A DNA stretch of 64,000 bases from an uncultured Phycisphaerales bacterium (GCA_963755915.1 CAVWLP010000002.1:4224001-4288000); one strand, 5' to 3'; shown: positions 21,530-34,654, numbered from the stretch's first letter. Notes: a model not told the origin generated them from the sequence alone. A program made the numbers and translations.

Positions 21530-22093
21530 TTACAATGACAATCCGATGTTTTGGTCGGCGTCAGGCGAGTATGTCGTGTCGACGGGGAAATCGGTCAAGG
21601 AGTTTGGATTTTCCATGGCATAGAGATTGAACGGGAAGGTGTGCAGCAGACGTTGCGGGGATTCCCTGACTTGCTGGACGGCGGGGTCGAGGTTCTTGAC
21701 GGGGCTGATGGAGACGATTGTGAGGAGACTGGAAGAGAGTTGAGTGATGCTGGGGTCTTTGCCGCGGGAGGAGTTGTCCTGTGAGAATTCGGCGAGTCTG
21801 GCTTCGGCGACGAAAGGTTGGCCGGGGTGGTCGATGACCCATCTGTCGGCCAGTTCGCGCACTTGGGAGATCTGGCCGGAGGATAAGTAGTCGGCGACGA
21901 TTTTCCAGATGTTGGTTTCCTGTTGGTCGAGAGCGGCGGCGATGGTGGTGACATAGCGGTCGGCGAAATTCATGATACGGGATTGGATCGGCTGCGGGTC
22001 CTTGGTGAGCAATTGAGCTGATCCGGATTGAGGCGAGGAAGAATTGGAGGCGCAGCCGGCGGAGCAAAGGATCGAGAGGGGCGGCAAAAAAAG
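21530..22093 (-). pseudogene. Putative lipoprotein of unknown function, probably degenerate
   Basis: Hydrophobic N-terminus with a lipobox-like SAGC and a plausible helical sequence. The C-terminus runs into low-GC sequence. Confidence 0.4.
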
Positions 22094-22351
22094 GAAGAGA
22101 TAGGCGAGGTTGTTCACGGGGACAATATTATTGAACGGTGTGAAGGTGGCCAGTTTAAAGGCCGCGCGAGCGGAGACCCTTGCGGCAACTGGTTGTCACA
22201 TTTCCCATCAACGGCTGTACGGGCGGGGGTATTCACGGATTGAATCTGACTAGGCCAGATCGTTTGTGTCCATCGGTCGATAATCAGAAGTTTGAGAGCG
22301 TCGGCTGGCGTCTGAACAGATCTCCGAAGAATGCATAGCAACCGAGCAGGA

Positions 22352-22414
22352 CTCCACAGCCGTCATCCCGCCTTCAAAGATCAGGTCGATACCGGTGATG
22401 TAGCTTGATGGATG
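22352..22414 (-). pseudogene. Remnant of a short-chain dehydrogenase C-terminus
   Basis: Encodes SSYITGIDLIFEGGMTAV, resembling the SDR motif asyiTG..l.vDGG. The rest of the gene is absent. Confidence 0.5.
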
Positions 22415-23084
22415 ATGAGTGAAATAGGCTGATGAGTGGGTTGGTAAAAGTAGCAATCCGCCTTCACGTTGATTCGGACTGATTCAAAGAGCCAGGATTG
22501 TTTCGGCGTTTTCAGTTTCGAGTTTGGGGCGTTGCAGCCCGGTCGCTGTGGCTGAACTGGGGCAAATTCGAGACGTCCCATCCTGCGCCCGTGGCCTTGA
22601 TCAATAGCACGCTGGCTTCCAGGCGTCGTCTCAGGATCCCTAATTGCTCGGCCCCGCGCTTATGTCCGGCGGTTGCGTGGTAATGAACTGCGCAGCCCAA
22701 CGCCAACCGCACGATGTACGGCTCGCGAGTCTCCTTCCACTGATGATAGGTGCAAGCGAAAGCAACCGTGCTGCGATTGACGAGAAAGTCTTACACCTCG
22801 TCCACCCAGAGCACCGGTTGACGGATGGGCAAGTTGCGCAGGACCTCGGGGACCGTGGGACTGGGATCGAGGGTTTTCCAGAGGTCGATGTACTTTTGCT
22901 CGTCGTACGCGAGGCCGGCAAAAAGCCAGGCGGGGCTACGCACAGGCCAATATTGGAAATACTGTCACGGGGCGCGCCAAAACCAGCCAGGGCGGGGCGC
23001 TTCAAAACCGGCCAATGTGCTGACGTATTCTATACCGCATCCGTTCTATCCGACGCAACTGTTCCTTGAGTTATTGGTCCCCGT

Positions 23085-23975
23085 TCACGCCGTCTGGCCG
23101 GCGGATACCCCCACATCAGAAGACAACGGCGGCTCTGTCACGGTGTCTTCCGGGGGGGAGCACCCTTCATCGCCGGCGGTACTCCGCCGTCCTTTTGGAT
23201 TTGTCTTTTCCGGTGTCCCGGATTGGCCTGCCGTGAGCGAAGTCGAATGGCCCCCATGCCGAAGGCGGTAGCTCTTGCCGGTGATGTTGATGATCGTGGC
23301 GTGCTGCAGGAACCGATCCAGAATGGCCGTGGCCGCCGGCACGTCGCCGATCAGCTTGGCCCAGTCCTCCAGTGGACGGTTGCTGGTCATCATCGTCGAG
23401 CGGTTCTCGTGCCGGCGCATGACGATCTCCAGCAGGCATTCGCCGCTGCGCCGCGGAAGCTGCTTCATTCCCATGTCGTCGATGATAAGCAGATCAGGCT
23501 TGAGATACCGGGCCAGCGTCTTGTCCTGGGCTCCCAGATCCTCGTCGCCTAAAAAGTCGCGGGCCAGGTCGAAGATGGATCGGTACAGGACCACCAAGCC
23601 GCTCTTGATCGCCTGGTGTCCGATGGCCTGGGCCAAAAACGATTTGCCCACGCCGGGCGGACCCAGCAAGAGCACGTCACGTTTGTCACGAATGAACTGG
23701 CCGGCGGCCAGATCGTGAATCTGTTTGCGTTTGATGGAGGTGTTGAAGGAGAAGTCGAACTCGTCGAGGTTTTTGGTGTCGCGGAACATCGCCGCCTTGA
23801 CGCGCCGGCCGATCTGCCGGCTGGATCGGACGTTCAGTTCATCCTGAAGGATCAGTTCCAAAAACTCACTGTGGTCGAGCCGATTGCCGGCCGCCTCGCT
23901 CAGGCGAACTTCAAGGCTGCTCGCCAGACCTGAAAGCCGAAGTTGCTTGAGCGTCTGCATCAACGAAGGTCTCAT
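23085..23975 (-). CDS. istB: IS21 helper ATPase
   Basis: GPPGVGKS, LLIIDD, TSNR, GKSYR. ATGA overlap with istA. Confidence 0.95.
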   Translation of the reverse strand: MRPSLMQTLKQLRLSGLASSLEVRLSEAAGNRLDHSEFLELILQDELNVRSSRQIGRRVKAAMFRDTKNLDEFDFSFNTSIKRKQIHDLAAGQFIRDKRDVLLLGPPGVGKSFLAQAIGHQAIKSGLVVLYRSIFDLARDFLGDEDLGAQDKTLARYLKPDLLIIDDMGMKQLPRRSGECLLEIVMRRHENRSTMMTSNRPLEDWAKLIGDVPAATAILDRFLQHATIINITGKSYRLRHGGHSTSLTAGQSGTPEKTNPKGRRSTAGDEGCSPPEDTVTEPPLSSDVGVSAGQTA

Positions 23976-25773
23976 GGGGTGGACTCCCTTCGGCTCTGCT
24001 CAGGGCAGGCCTGTAAAGGTTGTGCGGCAGGCAAAGCCTCCGCTTGGGTGATTGCGTCGCGTACGAACTGTCCGTAATCGGCCAGTCCGCGGATGATTGG
24101 ATGTTCCTGAACAAACTCGAAGTGTTGTTGAACCGGCGCGCCGTTTTGGTGTTCGATGAGCTGCCGCAGGGAGCGCAGGTGATACGCGCCATGCCCCAGA
24201 GCAATCTCGCAGGCTCGTTCCACGGCCGGTCGCGGCTGCTGATTGGCCAGCGACAGCAGCCCCATCAACACGCGCACGCCTTCGATGCCGCGATGCTGAA
24301 GCATTGACTGCGCCCACTGCGTGGCGTGCGGCCCGATGCATTCGATCCGCTGGAGAAGCCAGGTCGTTCCACGCTCGATGCCGCTGATCTTCTCCGGCAG
24401 GATATGGGCGTCTTGCGTCGAGAACCTGCCCGGCGGACGCTGCGCGTGCAGAGCGATCGCACGCATCTTCTGATCGAACAGCCGGACCGTGCGCCCGTCC
24501 CACCGCGCCCAGACCCGCTGGCCCAAAAACTCCGGCGGGACCGAATAGTACGCCCCCTTGATCTCCACGTGCCCGTCGCGGTGAACACTGCGCAACGCCT
24601 CGGTGAAAAGATCGAATCGCACCGGCGGCAGAGCCAACAGTGCCGGCTTCTCTACCTGCTCGAAGACTTCCTTCACCTGCCGCCGCGTCGTGCCGTGGAT
24701 GCGCGTGTCGGCCACGCTCTTCTCCCACGTCAGCAGATGCGCGTTCTGATCCGAGAGCGAGGCGAATTGCCGGCCTTTGAGAGCATTGCTCTTCACATAG
24801 CCGATGCCCCGCTCGATCTTCCCCTTGTGCCGCGGCGTGTACGGCTTGGTGGGCAGAATGGCGATTCCATAATGTTCGGCGAACGACCGGACCTTGGGAC
24901 ACAACTCCGCCTCGAACCAGTCCGCCCGCGTCACCGCCGCGCGAAGATTGTCGATCACCAGCGCTGACGGCATCCCGCCGAAGTGCGTAAAGGCATTTTC
25001 CAGACAACGCAGAAAATCATCGGTCGTCTGCCGCTCCACCGCCTCGGCGTACCCCTTGCGGCTGTGGCTCAGCACAATGCGGAAGACCCAGGTTGCTTTG
25101 CGTTTGCCGTCAGGACCGACCAGGGCGCACCCCGGCCGAAGTCCACCTGCGCCTCGGCTCCCGGCTCGCATTCCATCCGGCGAAAGGGCGCCGGCGCGGC
25201 AGCCGAGAGCTTCTTGATGAACCGGCGCACGCTGTAATAGCTGCCGGCATAGCCGTGATCGCTGGAGATGTCTTGATAAATCCGCTGGGCCGTCAGCCCG
25301 GCTTCCAACTTCTGAACAATGACCTCACGCCAGGGCGATGCCGTACTGACCGACCCGATGGGCGCGCCGGATAACCCGGTGGCGCGCTCTCCGAGCCGCC
25401 TGCGGCGAGCACCGTCGAGCCGCCTGCGGCGAGCACCGTCGAGCCGCCTGCGGCGAGCACCGTCGAGCCGCCTGCGGCGAGCACCGTCGAGCCGCCTGCG
25501 GCGAGCACCGTCGAGCCGCCTGCGGCGAGCACCGTCGAGCCGCCTGCGGCGAGCACCGTCGAGCCGCCTGCGGCGAGCACCGTCGAGCCGAGGGGCGCGC
25601 TGGCCGGTTTTGAATCCGATCCGGGCGCCGCAGGATCGCCGCCCGACAACCGGATGTGGCGTCCAACGGTCTCCCGGTGAACGCCGAGTTGGCGGGCGAT
25701 GTTCCGATTGGACCAGCCGCTGCGCAAGTGCCAAAATTGCTTGTACTTCCGCCATCTTGAGTTGATTGGCCAT
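23972..25773 (-). CDS. istA: IS21 transposase (apparent frameshifts at ~25722, ~25381, ~25124)
   Basis: MANQLKM...WSNRNIARQLGVHRETVGR, PGAEAQVDFG, DNLRAAV, KGKIE, RIHGTT. Confidence 0.9.
25392..25590. repeat. Perfect 24-bp tandem repeat x8.3 (CGAGCCGCCTGCGGCGAGCACCGT) within the istA linker
   Basis: Eight identical units plus 7 bp; encodes STVLAAGG in the likely istA frame. Confidence 0.97.
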
Positions 25774-26867
25774 CCCACCATTGGCTTGCGGCAACCGCCG
25801 AAAGCCAAGGTCGATAACCCAATCTCCTGTGCCTCAAAATGGCCGGTTTTGGCGCGCCCTCAATTGGCCGGTTTTGCGCGCCCATGACAAAATACATCAC
25901 GTCCGGCTTGAAGGGCCAGGTGGATTTGTCTTTTGCGTAGGGATACATGTATTCGGCGGCCTGGTGCAATGTTTGGCCACTCGTAATGGCGAAATTCCAA
26001 AAGTTCTGGTCATCCGCGGAAATCACATGGCAGAGGGAGGTCATCTGGTCGAGATTGAACAGCGAATAGCCGAATGGCTTGGTACGGTGGAGTTCCTGCG
26101 GGAACGAGCCGTCGGGAGCCATTTGGGGGAGTAATTGCTCTTTGAAACGTCGGCGGCTTTCGTTGAACTGCTCGCCGGCGCCGACGAGCGTAGCAAAGGA
26201 CGCGACCTGAAGCCAATAACAGGTGGCGTGATTGTTTTTCGCTTTGCCTTCGGTAATGCCATATGGATGTGTAGTCATCCATTTCAGAAACTGGGTGAAC
26301 CAGTCATAGATCCCGGTGGAATCGGTTGGGCGGAGTTGTGAACGTGCGTTGAGGATCGAAATGGCTTTTGAGACTTCCACGAGATGGAGACTGTCGATGA
26401 GGCCGTAGGATCGGCCGGTGCAGAGGCCGTGAATGGCCTGCGAATATAACAGGCTGGGGTTCATGCGGGTGTTCTCATCGACGAACCATGCGACGAGATG
26501 GTTGACGGCGCGGCGGGAATATTTTTGGTCGCTCGTGAGCAGATAAGCCGCGGTCAGCGCGGGAACAGCAATGCTCATATGGATGAGCGCGTTGCGATGC
26601 TCATTGAAATTATTCGGGTTCGAGATTCCGTCGCGGTTTATGTATGGGCCATCGGGATTGGCAGGGTTAGGCCAGAAATAATCGGCTTCGGAATAATAGT
26701 CGTGGGAGCCGCCGGCGCTGCGGGCGGCGTGAAAGGAGGTGATGGTGACAGGGTCTGCGCAGGTGTTTGTCGGCCATGGACAACACGCGGTCGTGGTCGA
26801 GTTGGCGGATATCGTGTGCCGTAATTGGGGAACTGGCTGTGGCCGAAGAGGACATGCGGAGGCTCCG

Positions 26868-28335
26868 TCAATGTTCGGTCAGCTTGACGATCGCCGCGCT
26901 GGCGGCAGGGACCGTCAGAGCGAACTGTCCCGCATGCAGGGGAAGATGTAAAGCGGACCATTTTCCGGCCCACGAGGCGTCATCATTGATCGGCGCCCGC
27001 CCAGCGAGATACCGATTTTGTCGGCGATGTCGTGGCTGGCGATGGTGAGGAACTGGACCTCGCCATAGGTGTAGGGCTTGCCGGAGTCGATGACGACCGC
27101 TGCATCGCGACCGCCCGTGCCGTGCTCTTTGTTGATGAGCGTGATGTATAGGTCGTTATTAGAACCGACGACTCCGTAAGCGGTGGCGTTGAGTCCCACG
27201 GGGGACTGACAGTCGAGGTTGATCATTGAGCCGTGGCCGCCTATATCAAACGCTTTGATGGCGTAGCCAACGGGACAAACGTGATAACCACGCGCGGTTG
27301 AGAGATAGACCGCGTAACGGCACGGGGTTGAATCGGCGCCTGCAGCGACTTTGTCACCGGTATGGAAATTGATTCCGGCCGCTCCGTGTTCGGTCCACCA
27401 GTGGAGATAGTCCAAGGCCCAGAGTGCAGCGGTGAAGGTGTCGCTGACGCCCTCTTTTCCGCCGTTGAAGAAGCTGTTGGTTTCCTCGATGCGGTAGGGA
27501 AGATTGTCGGCGGTGACCTGTGGGACGAAGCTGTCGTAAACGGCCTGGTAGTGTTTTACCCAGTCGTCGGAGAGCATTTTGTCACGGGCCTCAGCTACGT
27601 TCGTGACTTTTCTGGCGCTGAGGCCGACGTACGCGTGCTCATAGATTCCCTTTACGTGGCTGGAGAGCCAAAATCACTTGCGAAATCGACGGCCCATTCA
27701 TAATGCCGATCGGTATTGGGGCCGCAGAATCGGGCCTCTGGAACGGCGGAGATAATCTGGTCAGTCAATTTTTTCCAGCGCACTTTGTACGCGGAATATT
27801 GCGTGAAATAGATGCTGGGTTCGTTGCCGAGCGCGAAGCAATCGAGGTCGTCGGCATATCGATCCTGGATGTACCTGACGATCGGGATGTCGGCGCTGGC
27901 GTCGGTCTGACCCTTGAAACGGAGGGTGTAGACTACTTTGACGCCTGCGGCATGGACGAACGCGAAGAGGCTGTCGATGTCGGCATCAGTGGGAATTTGG
28001 ATGGCAGGATTGTCTGCGGTGTTTCCGCCGATGCGCAGATGTCTGATGCCCAGGGTTTTAAAGAGCGCGATCAGCCGCTGGTTGTCGGGGCGAAAATAGT
28101 GGATTCCGTCGCCGTTGGGGAGCAGGATTTGGGTTTCGAGACTAAGTCCGCTGAAATCGGATGGTATGGGCGTCAGCGGCGCGGACCAATTGGGAGTGAT
28201 TATTGTCGACTCCTGAGCGCGGAGCGTGGCAGGGATCAGCAGCGTGACAACCGTTAGAAGCGACGCGATTTTCCAGCCCAAGACTCGGTTTGTTATCTTT
28301 AAATTCCCCGGAGTTCGAACGATGCAGCGGGCCAT
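26868..28335 (-). CDS. Secreted GH79-like glycoside hydrolase (beta-glucuronidase/heparanase family); apparent frameshifts at ~27663 and ~26996
   Basis: Signal peptide, FSGLSLE, LRIGGNTAD, GNEP, EETNS..GGKEGVSDTFTAALWALDY. Confidence 0.75.
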
Positions 28336-28399
28336 CCTGCGCGGTTCCTACATAAAAAGCTGATATTTTGCCGGCGGATGCGTCCCTCCGGCGTTCGCG

Positions 28400-29344
28400 T
28401 TACAATCGGTTTGAGCGCTTGCGGCGGCCCAACAAGACGGCTCCCGCGCCGATTAATCCGACCGCGCTGGCCGGCTCCGGTACGAGCGTCTCGTTGAGAT
28501 TGTTCACACGAATATCGCTGCCGTCGCCGCCGTTGTTGTTATAGATGACAAATGCCGCCGGCCCTCCGGTCGTCATATTGATCTGCCCGCCATCGGCAAA
28601 GGTGCTCCCTTCGTGTCCAGCGCTGGTGATCGTGTAGTCGCCCAGATTGTCGTTCAAGGTGATCGTAATCGTATCGGCCGCACCGGTATTGACCGTCAGG
28701 GCACGTGAACTGCTTCCTGAGTGCGCGGCATCAGTCGAGTACAGGAGATACGGATTGCCCGAATTCGACGCATCCGCGTCCCAATACCCAGACGCCCCAC
28801 CGTAGGTGTACAAATCCAAGAGAACATTCCTCGAAGAATCGAGAAGCTCAAAACCAAGCTGGCTCGTCTGGGCTCCGCTGTTGAGCCCCCGAAGGTTGGC
28901 CAGCGATTCGGTAAACGAAAACGAGGCCCCAGCACCCGTGAGAGACGTAACGAAGGGGCGTGTCGCAGTCTCGATGCTGCTGCCCAGCGCCGCGCCGGTT
29001 GCGGTGCTGCTGCCAGGGTTCCCGTTGTCGTAGACGTCGAAGACCGGGGCCGGATTGCGCGTCGCATCGTTGGTAGAGCTGCTGATGAAAGCCCCGCCAT
29101 TGCCACTGGGGCTCGTGTTGGTAGCGCCGGTGCCCGTATAGTTTTCGACATCGGTGACCACCCAGGCGTTAAATCCCGTGCCGCCGTTTTCGGCGTTGAA
29201 TTCGGTTGTGGCCGTGTTGCCTGACCCTGCTGTGTAGGGTGAGTTGCTGGCAACATCCGAAGCAATAATGGAGGCGCCAGCCCGGTTGGTAAATGCGAAG
29301 CCGCCAACCGCAACCAACATAGATAGCTTTCGAATCCTCGACAT
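28400..29344 (-). CDS. Small PEP-CTERM protein
   Basis: Signal peptide; GGTGFNAW N-terminal motif; C-terminal VPEP-TM-RRKR. Confidence 0.9.
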   Translation of the reverse strand: MSRIRKLSMLVAVGGFAFTNRAGASIIASDVASNSPYTAGSGNTATTEFNAENGGTGFNAWVVTDVENYTGTGATNTSPSGNGGAFISSSTNDATRNPAPVFDVYDNGNPGSSTATGAALGSSIETATRPFVTSLTGAGASFSFTESLANLRGLNSGAQTSQLGFELLDSSRNVLLDLYTYGGASGYWDADASNSGNPYLLYSTDAAHSGSSSRALTVNTGAADTITITLNDNLGDYTITSAGHEGSTFADGGQINMTTGGPAAFVIYNNNGGDGSDIRVNNLNETLVPEPASAVGLIGAGAVLLGRRKRSNRL

Positions 29345-30050
29345 GTTTTTCTCTCCTCCAGCGTGAATCGCTGCGCTGGCCTCAAGCAGGACCGTGATTT
29401 TGCCCTGTACGCCTTACTCAGAGTCAGTGCTAGACAATCCGAAATGAACTCTCGTGTGAATATGCCACAAAAGCGAGACGCCACTAGCCGATTTTGCGCC
29501 AAACTCTCTAGATTTCGCGTCGCGATCTGCACTCCTGACAAAATAGGCTTTTCAAGAGCGGTTGAATCGATTTGCCCAGGGGACGCGAAGCCGAGCGTGG
29601 CCGGCGGAGGCATATCTCGCAGGCGATAGTTGCACGATGGACAGTGATGAGGATGAATTTGAGTTAGAAGGCACGGACAACGGTGGAAGCCGCGCGAACG
29701 TCAAATTCGGAGTCCATCCACTTTTTATCCGCTCACATCGCTAAGCGTTAAAGGAGATGGAGCGCGACGGCCGTCGCGGTTCGGTTGGCGATGAAATGGA
29801 AGTCGACAATGGAGGGAACAAACAGCGAACGCGACCGGGTGATGTCAGCCCAAAAGTCATCTCGTCGATTAAACCTTGTAAACGGTATAGATCATTCAAG
29901 CCTGTCAGTTGCTCATTTGAAGTTCTCGACTGACGCAAATCCTAGAACCTTTTGCGCGAAATAACGTGGCCCCTTGTGGAAGCCGCATTAGATTAGTGGT
30001 GTCGGTGCGAGGGCAACTCGTCAGTCCAAATCTTGAAAAGCGGAGGAACA

Positions 30051-33000
30051 ATGAAACGGTGCCATTCTTCTCGGAGAAATGCGTTTTGTTCAAAGATCGC
30101 AGGCCAAAGCGCACCCCAAATCCCACTGGCTTGCTTTCGATGGGCGGCAGTCGCCCTTTTGGCTGCCGGAGCCAAATCAGCATTCGCGCAACAAGTCGAC
30201 ACATTCGACCCATCCCTCACAGGGCCGGCAACTGGCGTTCCACAGGACGGATCGGGTACTTGGGACGGTGTGACAGCGGAATGGTACAACACACCCTCCG
30301 GGACTTCAGGTGGCAGCGATGTGATATGGCCCAATGACGGTGTTACGATTGCCCAGTTTGGAAACCCCTCGACGACGACCGTCGGCCTGGGCGGAACTGC
30401 GGGAACCGTAAACCTGGCCGAAAATATTTCAGCCGGCGGGCTCATACTCAATCAGCCCACCAGCGGCAACTACACGATCAACGCTGCCTCCGACGACCTC
30501 GCCCTTGGATCAAGTGGCCTGGTTGTGAGTGGCGGTAGCCCCACGATTGCTATCGGGAATGGTGAAGACTTCACAAACAGCGGCGTCACCACGATCGGCA
30601 GCTCTGCCTATGCCTCCACCACCTTCACGGTGAGCGGACTGGGAACCTGGTCTACTGCGCCGAGCGGGTCCACGAGCTTCGCGGTCGGCAATGGCTCCAA
30701 CGCGAGCCTCCAGATGTCCAACCTTGCCAACTTTGTCTTCAACAATCCAAACTTCTCAAGTCCCACCGCCGGCGGCGAATTCGACGTAGGCGTCGAAGCC
30801 AACGGCGTAGCGAACGTCACCCTCGCCGCCAACAGCAGCATTACCGCCGCCATAGTGCGCGTCGGCGATTCGGAGGGCACGAGCGGCTCCGCAAGCACCA
30901 GCACGCTAAATCTCGGCAGTAGCAGCACAACCATTAATGCGGGCGTCATCAACATCGGCGGTGGAAACACCTCCGGGGAGGGATCAATCAACGGCCCCTC
31001 TGGAACTCCAGCCGCACAACTCGACAGCGGCATTGTTCAATTCGCCGGCGGTACCCGGCTCTCTCACCATCGGACCCATTGCCGGAGCCAGCGGTGCTCA
31101 AGCTCTTGGGCCGTTCATCAATATCGGCGTGGGGGGCAGCGGATCCACCAACGTCAGCGGTACCCTTAACCTCGACGGCCACAACGTAAACATCAATGCC
31201 GCAAGCCTCGATCTCGGCCAACGCATCTCTGGCTCCGGGAACACCGCCACCGGCGTCCTTTCCTTCGACACGGGAACCATCAACGTGGGAACGGTCTATA
31301 TGTCCCACGTCAACGGTTCAAGCTCGGGCGGCACCGGCACGTCAACCCTCAACATCGGCAGCTCCACCGCCAGCACCGAGCTTTTCGACGTCAACGGGAC
31401 GAATTACGTTAAAAACACCGACGACTTCACTTTGGCCTCTGCCAACACCACCTCCAGCACCGCTTATTTCTCAAACTCCGTCATCAATATCAACGGCGGG
31501 ACCGCACTGATCAATTCCAATATGTACGCGAGTCACACCGGTTCCCTCAACTCGACGCACGCCACGATCAACCTGCAGGGTGGAACATTGAATATGAATC
31601 TCAACGAGATCGGCGGCACCGGCGATTTCGTTTATTTCAATGCCATGAGCGGCACACTTGAAAACGTGGGAGACATCAACCGTAGCAGCGGAATCAGCGT
31701 TGGCCTTGTTAAGACCGGCACGGGAACTCTTACCCTGGCAGGGACCAACACCTGGACGAACCAGACCACCATCGATGCCGGAACTCTCCTCGCTGGCGCG
31801 GCCAATGCCATGGCGCCCGGCGCCGCGGTCGACGTGAGCAACGGCGTTCTGGATGTCTCGCAATTCGCCAACGCCGTGCCGTCCCTCACAATCAGCTCGA
31901 CTGCAACGCTCAACATTGGCATCGGAAATCTGCTCACTGACACTGGCGCCGCGGCGTTCAACGGTACGCTCAACATCTTGGGAACGCCTTCCGGTTCCTC
32001 CATCGAATTAATGTCCTACACTTCGGAAACCGGCGCCTTCACAAGCGTACCGACAATCCCGGGGTACACGCTCGAATACAGCCCGACGGAACTCGAACTC
32101 GTCCAGGGCGTCGTCAGCCTGACGTGGAATAACGCCGGCGCGTCCACACCCGACAACGGCACGTCCTGGGACACCACCAACAACAACTGGAACAACGGCG
32201 TTGGTGCGACGACATATGCCGATGGCTCGTTTGTCACCTTCAACGACGCCAATAATGCGACCTCCAATGGCGGTACAAATCCAAACGCCTATAACGTGAC
32301 GTTGAATGCCAACGTCAGCCCTGGCTCTGTGACGGTTAATAACAGTCTCGGGAACTACACCTTTACGGGCGCGGGCAGCATTGGCGGCACCACTTCTTTG
32401 ATCAAAAATGGCACCGGCACTCTTACGATCAGCACCGCCAATACCTATAGCGGCGGAACGCAAATCAATAACGGCGCCGTGGTAGTTAACAACGGCACCG
32501 CACTGGGCGCGTCCACCAACGCCGTCTCGCTTGGCACAACCGCTGCAGGGTTGGGAAGCTCCACCACATCCGTGGCGACGCTGACCCTGAACTCGAACCT
32601 GACAGTTGGAAGCTTCTCAAGCCAAACCAACAACACTGCGGCCAACGTCATCACAATCGGCCCCAGCGACACCCTCACCGACAGCGGCAACTTTATCGTT
32701 GGGCCAGTCAACAACAATACAAACAGCACCAACTACACCGGCGCCCTCACCGCAAGCGGCGGCGGGTCGCTGAGCATTGCGGGCTCACTAATGGTCGCCC
32801 AAGCCAGCGTTGGAACCTCCGGGGGCGGCAAAGACACCACCACCGCCAACTTATCAGGGCTAAACAGTGTCAATGTGAACACCACCGGAACCGTCGGCAT
32901 CGGCGACTTTGGGAACAGTTCGGGTACCCTCGTACTCGCGGATGCAACGAATGGCGCCACCGCGCCCAGCAACTCGCTTAACGCCTCGGAAATTGATGTC

Positions 33001-34599
33001 GGCAATACGCAGGGCCAGAACGATCAGGGCCCCTCCACTCTCACTCTGGGCTCGGGAACGAACGTGCTGCAGGCAAATACCATCAACATTGGGTTCGGCA
33101 AGACTGGAGGCATCATCAATTGGTCAAGCGACTCGACTTCCAGTTCGTCCCTGACCATTGAGGGAACCAACGGAAATGGCGCACTTGCGAACGTCACGCT
33201 CGGCGAGGCGAATGCCGCGACTTACACCACCGGAGAGCTTTCGCAGTTGCTGCTCGCCGGACACAACGTCAATGTTCAGACCAACACGTTAATTGTCGGC
33301 GATGCGACCGGGAACAGTGCCAATGGACCAAACGCGACCGTTACGTTCGACACCGGCACGTTAGATTCCCAGTGGGTCGAGATTTCGGCCGACACCGGTG
33401 GGACCAGTACCGTCGGTCCTGTTGGCGCCATTATTATCGGCGGCGCCTCGCCCAACACTTCCTCCACGGGAGTCTTTACCGTCGGCAGCGAGGGCAGTGG
33501 TGTTTTCAACATGGGCGTCTTCACCGGCAGTGCCACTGCCGACGAAAGTTCAGTGTTCACGATCAACAGCGGCACCGTCAATATCTTCACCAACATCGTC
33601 GTCTATAACACCAGCGCCAATGGAACCGTTACTTCCACGTTGACGCTCGCGGGCAACGGCGTGCTGAATATGGAGGGGAACCGGATTGGGAACAACGAGG
33701 GACAGGGTTCGGGTGATATGCCCATTACCACCGTCAACCTTGCCCCCAACGCGACGGATACACCAAGGCTGGAAAACCTTGGCTCCATCGGCATCAACAA
33801 CGCCGGCCTTACCATGAACGGTTTGGGGACTCTGATCCTCGCCGGAAACAATAGCTATATAGGGCCGACGAACGTCAGCTCCGGAACCCTCCTCGTCGCC
33901 AACGCCGGTGCTCTGCCAAGCGACACCGCCGTCACCATCACCGGTGGCACACTGGAGCTCGGCACGAGCACCGGCTTGGAGACGCTCGCGTCGCTTGCCG
34001 TCTCCGGCAATGGCGCACTGGACCTGACCAACAATCACGTCATCATCAACTACAGCGGCGGTCCGGATCCGATATCTACGATCTATAGCTATCTCGTGAG
34101 TGGGTTCAACGGCGACAAGTGGAACGGGCCCGGCATCATCTCCTCTACCGCCCAAACACTTCACAACGGGCTTCACTATGGCGTCGGCTGGGCAGACGGC
34201 GCGGATGGGACACATGCCGTCGCCGGACTAACCAGCGGCGAAATTGAGCTAAAGTACACCTTGCTCGGTGATGCCAACCTTGACGGCACCGTCAACGGAT
34301 CTGACTTCTCGATCCTGGCGGCGAATTTTGGCCTAGGGGTCACTAACTGGGACCAGGGCAACTTCCTTTACGGGAGTTCAGTGAATGGTTCGGACTTCAG
34401 CGCTCTAGCCGCCAACTTCGGGCAGGGTGACAGCGGCGCCGATGCCTCGGTATCCCAGGCTGATATTCAGGCGTTGGATTCGTTCGCCGTCGCCAACGGG
34501 TTGCCGCTGCCGGCGATCGGAGCTGTGCCGGAGCCGGTTTCGGGCGGTCTGTTCGTGGGCGCGGGATTTGCGATGCTGGCACGACGTCGGCGACGATAA
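30051..34599 (+). CDS. Giant PEP-CTERM protein with autotransporter-associated beta-strand repeats and dockerin-like tail (apparent frameshift at ~31056)
   Basis: GGAGG RBS and signal peptide; KTGTGTLTL.G.NTY-type repeats; GDANLDGTVNGSDF; VPEP-TM-RRRR. Confidence 0.9.
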
Positions 34600-34654
34600 T
34601 AGAGTTAATATTGAGGCTGCCCCGTTCGATGTCCGTTCGATAATCCGGCAGGTC

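Larger units (their letters stand above)
22963..25889 (-). mobile_element. IS21-family element (copy 2, divergent from copy 1) with 6-bp target duplication AAATAC
   Basis: Ends TGTCACGGGGCGCGCCAAAACC and GGTTTTGCGCGCCCATGACA. AAATAC at 22957-62 and 25890-95. Confidence 0.93.
22791..26855 (-). pseudogene. Alginate-lyase-family (PF05426-like) gene interrupted by IS21 copy 2
   Basis: SAGGSHDYYSEADYFWP..PDGPYINRDG, NNHAT and ELHRTKPFGYSLFNL motifs. Removing the IS restores WPFKPDVMYF|QYWPVRSP...RNLPIRQPVLWVDEV*. Extra apparent frameshift at ~26757. Confidence 0.88.

Noticed and set aside
17880-25130. Conserved programmed frameshift at the same GAP codon position in both istA genes
   Set aside because: No slippery heptamer. 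Both sites are a CCC run next to GCGC, matching the window-wide error pattern; accurate reads would settle it.
25392-25590. CRISPR array
   Set aside because: Head-to-tail identical units with no spacers and no cas genes; it is a coding VNTR.
30051-34599. True type V autotransporter or cellulosome component
   Set aside because: There is no C-terminal beta-barrel (it ends in PEP-CTERM) and no cohesin/scaffoldin is seen.
34622-34641. CCGTTCGAT direct repeat upstream of the lyase
   Set aside because: Only two 9-bp copies with no other support.
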